Source: Amphiscolops sp. MND2022 (taxonomy: Eukaryota). Taken from it: a stretch of 64,000 bases of DNA. The translations under genes and the position numbers were made by a program. Positions within the stretch are counted from its first letter, which is position 1. Every line of letters begins with the position of its first letter. This document shows positions 60,255-64,000 of the stretch, piece after piece. The DNA is taken from positions 95,544,001 to 95,608,000 of the forward strand of contig OZ076409.1 in assembly GCA_964187785.1 (NCBI GenBank), in the 5' to 3' direction. A model generated the notes under the pieces. It was not told the origin of the DNA. It ran no database searches and was given only the letters and a program-made list of their open reading frames with translations.

Positions 60255-63200
60255 ATGGCAGAACCTAAACGGTTCGATATCAACAAAATCGAAAACTTCC
60301 TGAAGAACTCTGCTGACAAAGCCCAAACGTTGAGTTATTGGAATGCAGCTGTCGAGCACGGCAAGACGATCAGAGGAATTGATGAAAACCTAGCTAGCAA
60401 TGATGAGAACAAACAGATAGCAGAGCTACTGTTACGACGAACAGATGCCATAAACAGGAGAGATAGGCTCATTAAAGCAGTCGAAAATGCAATCAAAGTC
60501 AAGTACCAACCGCAGATACCTGAAATGTTCTCAGCAGCGAACAAAGCAATGCAGGGCCGATTGGTTGAGTTGCAGCATCAATGCTCTAGCATTGGAAGGG
60601 TAAAAATACTGATGTCAGCATTGCAAGACGAAAATCAGATACTAAACTACTTGGATCTTGACGAAAAGAAACGTGCTATTGATAAACTAATGGTTAGCAA
60701 CGAAAAGTTGCGGGAAGATTCAATCGCAAATGGCAAAGTTGTCGACGAAGAAGATTATGCTGCAGCATGTCAAGAATTGCTGCAGAAACGGTCTGACATT
60801 AAAACGAAGATTGAAGATCTGCTGAAGACAGGAGAAGAAGGAGCCATTTTGTGAAGTCTTGAAGACGCTGAACAAAGACTGGCAGACGCTCGTGTAATTT
60901 CGGCAGCAGACAAATCCAGTAAAAAAGGTACCTCACCACAAAAGGAACCAGAACCAGACGACGAGCAAAAAGAACTCGATGGTCGAAGCGCAGATGACAG
61001 ACAAGATCCAAGAAAAAGAGCTAGATCGCTGCAATTTGAAGAATTGAGCATACATTTGCAAGGTGACCAAACCAAAAGTAACAAAACCTCAGTGATTTCA
61101 AAAACATCAAGTGCAAGACGGGTTATGCATTTAGAACTGAAAGCTCTGAAAGAGCACGAAGAACTGCAAAAGCGCCTGGAGCAACTGGAACGAGAAGCAA
61201 AACAACTGGAACGAGAAGCAAAAGAAAAGGCGATAGCAGACTTGCAAGAAGAGGTGGCCCGCAGGGCCAGAATTGCTGAAAAGGAAATAGAGATTGCCAA
61301 AGTTCCGAGTAGTTGTGGGTCTAGTTTCAGAAGTATCTCACCAGTCAAGACTCCAGACGACAATCTGACGAAAGTCTCAGATTGGATGGACACGACAGAA
61401 GAAGCTAAATGTGTGCCATCGTCGATTAACGTGCCACCAGGTTACCAGCAAACGTCCATCTCAGCACCAGTGATTACAGTACGATCAACTCACGGAGGAC
61501 AAGGCTCCGCGCAAGTGAGGGACTTGAAGTCCTCATTGAAACCGGTCATATCCACAGAAGCCGCTGTGCGAGGCCTTGGAATGGACAGAACAAAGACTGT
61601 CATAGGAGTTGGCAGTCAAAAAGCAACAGCACAACCAGAAGTGAAGTTCGCCTCGACGAAGCCGTCTATGACCCTTATGGCAGACCAGAATGGGTTACCG
61701 CTTACGTCAGGAGGCATCCCGAGTGGTGCATTTCAAGTACCATAGCTTGCGAACACACAGAAGCAGTATGCGCCAAGTCAAGGGCCAAGCATAGTGTCAA
61801 ATGCGAGAGATGAATATTTCATCAGATCCAGCTTGCCAAAACCTAAACCAGGAGTTCTGGGCAGCGCCACAAGGAAGTTAACACTGGACATGAAAACGAA
61901 GTGGCTCACTTATGTCAAGCAAATGAACCTGTATCAACCTGGGCTCGCTGTGTTCTGTGAATGGTTAAATGATATAGCAGATGTGCAGGATGAATTGCTT
62001 TTATCTTCAAACCCGAATGCTGATCGCGCGAAGTCGAACTACAAGGAAAAGGCCAAAGGCTCCACGTTTGCCACATCAACAACAAACACAGCCAGTGACA
62101 ACTCGAAATACCAGCGAGAGTGTGCGCTGAAAGATGGCAAACATCCAATATGGAAATGTGAGAAGTTCAAGAAGATGAACGTCGAAGAAAGAGGACAAAA
62201 GGCGAAAGAGCTGAAATTGTGCTTCAAATGTTTGTCAGACACACATCAGATGAAAAATTGCTCTGGTAGACTCTGTGACGTCAATGGTTGCGGAAAACCT
62301 CATCACAAATTGCTACACAGATCATACAAGAACGTGGAACAAAAGAAAAATGTTGAAAATGTCGACGAGGTCTCCAACCTGTCATCAATGAAAAGCAGTG
62401 GAGTGCTTCCAGTCATTCCTGTAACGATAGGGAGTGGGAGCAAAACGCTGAAAACGTTCGCTTTGTGTGACTCTGGAGCAAGCCTGTCCTTCGTGGACGA
62501 GAGCTTGATGAAAACGCTAAATCTGACGGGACAGCCAGTGGATTTGAATGTTGCAGGGATTCATGGTACCTCAGATAATAGTAGTAAACGACTTCGAGTC
62601 AGGATTGGAGATCCAGACGGAAAGGTCAAAGAAGATATCATGGCCTATAGTCATCCCAACGTGAATGCAGAAAATCGAACGTACAACCTCAAGAAATTAA
62701 AAGAAACATATCCTCACCTGTCAATATTGAAAGATTCTACCATCAACTTGGGAGATGTAAAAGTCATCTTGGGCCAAGATTGCTACCACTTGCATAGAGC
62801 AATCGACTATAGAAAGTGTGGAAACGCCAAGCCCTGGGCAGTGCGAACGAAGCTGGGATGGGTGCTCAGTGGACCATTGCCTCAACAAGAGACAGCAAAA
62901 CTCGCAACTGAGAGTCTAGTTGCAGCAGAAGTGGATCCATTAGCGGATCAAGTGAAAACTTGGTGGAGCATGGAATCGTATGCGTCCAACTGCAGCGCAT
63001 CCGGAAGGTCCCAGGAGGACGACAAGGCCCTCGAAATGCTCAAGGCAACCACAAAGTTCGATGGAGAGAGGTATGAGGTCGGACTACTCTGGAAAAATGC
63101 AAAGCCGCATCTGCCAAATAACTACAGTTCGGCAGTAAGTCAATTGAAGTCTCTCGAGCGCCGACTGGAAAAGGATGAGAACTTGAAAGAACGCTACAAA

Positions 63201-64000
63201 GAGACAATTGATGTGGACGTACAAAGGGGGTTTGTGAGAATTCTGGATGAAGCAGAGATAGAAAATACCAAAACAGACCTTCAGTGGTACGTTCCCCATC
63301 TTCCTGTGCTGAACCCGAACAAGCCGGACAAAGTGAGACGAGTGTGCAACGCTGCTTCAAAGTTCGGAGGCGTTTCACTAAACGACAATTTGATGGCCGG
63401 TCCAGACCTCCTACAATCGCTCATTGGAATTATCTTCAGATTCAGGGAGAAGAAAATTGCTTTGACCGCAGATGTAGAAGCGATGTTTCTTCAAGTGAAA
63501 GTACCCCATGCGGATTGCAAAGTGCTCAGATTTTTGTGGAGAGAAAACAACACTGATCCTATCTCCGTTTACGAATATGGAAGACACATTTTCGGAGCTA
63601 AGAGCTCGCCAACATGTGTCAACTACGCTTTGCAACAAGTCGGACGAGACAGCAGAGATGACAATGGGATGGTTGCAAAATTGATCAACAGAAACTTCTA
63701 TATGGACGATTTTGTGAAGTCAGTAGCTTCAGGGGAAGAAGCTGTGGAAGTGTACAAGTGCTTGCGAAAATCCTTAGCGGATCGTGGTTTCCAACTAACG
63801 AAATGGATTTGCAACTCAGAGAAGGTAATGGGAAGAATATCTCCTGAAGATAGATCAAGCGCGCTGAGCAAGACATTCGAAGCTGAACCCTTGGCACCCT
63901 CAATCTTGGGACTCCAGTGGAATGTGAAGTCGGACAGTCTTGAGATCTGCCGCGGTATGGGAAAAGAGGTGCCTGCGAAGGTCACTCAGCGAGTAGTTTT
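60255..64000 (+). pseudogene. BEL/Pao gag-pol polyprotein in one frame with two nonsense codons
   Basis: Single frame with stops at 60852 and 61743. Zinc knuckles CALKDGKHPIWKC, CFKCLSDTHQMKNC, CDVNGCGKPHHKLLH; protease FALCDSGA; RT WYVPH..KVRRVCNAA..GPDLL..ADVEAMF..FGAKSSP..FYMDD (63696-63710). Confidence 0.93.

Larger units (their letters stand above)
58914..64000 (+). mobile_element. BEL/Pao LTR retrotransposon (5' part, runs off the window)
   Basis: LTR ends ...GTTACA at 59900 (5' boundary uncertain). tRNA-Tyr-like PBS TGGTCCACCGACCCGGA at 59903-59919. gag-pol follows. Confidence 0.92.

Noticed and set aside
59786..60319. Repeat-protein ORFs (SPRDT, LCLWEIG, SGRLGY repeats)
   Set aside because: Artefacts of a stop-free 24-bp tandem repeat that is open in several frames in the BEL leader.
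60770..61393. 207-aa minus-strand ORF
   Set aside because: Antisense shadow of the BEL gag coiled-coil region.

Overview
AT-rich, repeat-dense eukaryotic DNA, probably from an invertebrate (spliceosomal introns, no operon-like gene density). Most of the window is nested transposon debris: a non-autonomous long-LTR element with an env-like remnant (7626-14445), a decayed Copia (42238-46799), BEL/Pao elements (38150-41050 remnant; ~58914 to window end, young), LINE RT fragments, Tc1-like and other MITEs, DINE-1/Helentron-like repeats, and a highly diverged multi-kb repeat family I cannot identify. Four phase-compatible exons (25752-34824, +) encode the C-terminal part of a host type-I membrane protein: furin-like Cys repeat, TM helix, kinase-less tail ending YEVTV*. 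The most striking object is a 425-bp miniature LTR retrotransposon (TRIM, 56809-57233; 167-bp LTRs, 4-bp TSD, PBS, PPT). Each of its LTRs carries a tRNA-like Pol III gene whose CCA-matured 3' end is exactly complementary to the element's own primer-binding site, so it appears to encode its own reverse-transcription primer. Coordinates were read by eye. Family assignments rest on motif recognition, not database searches.
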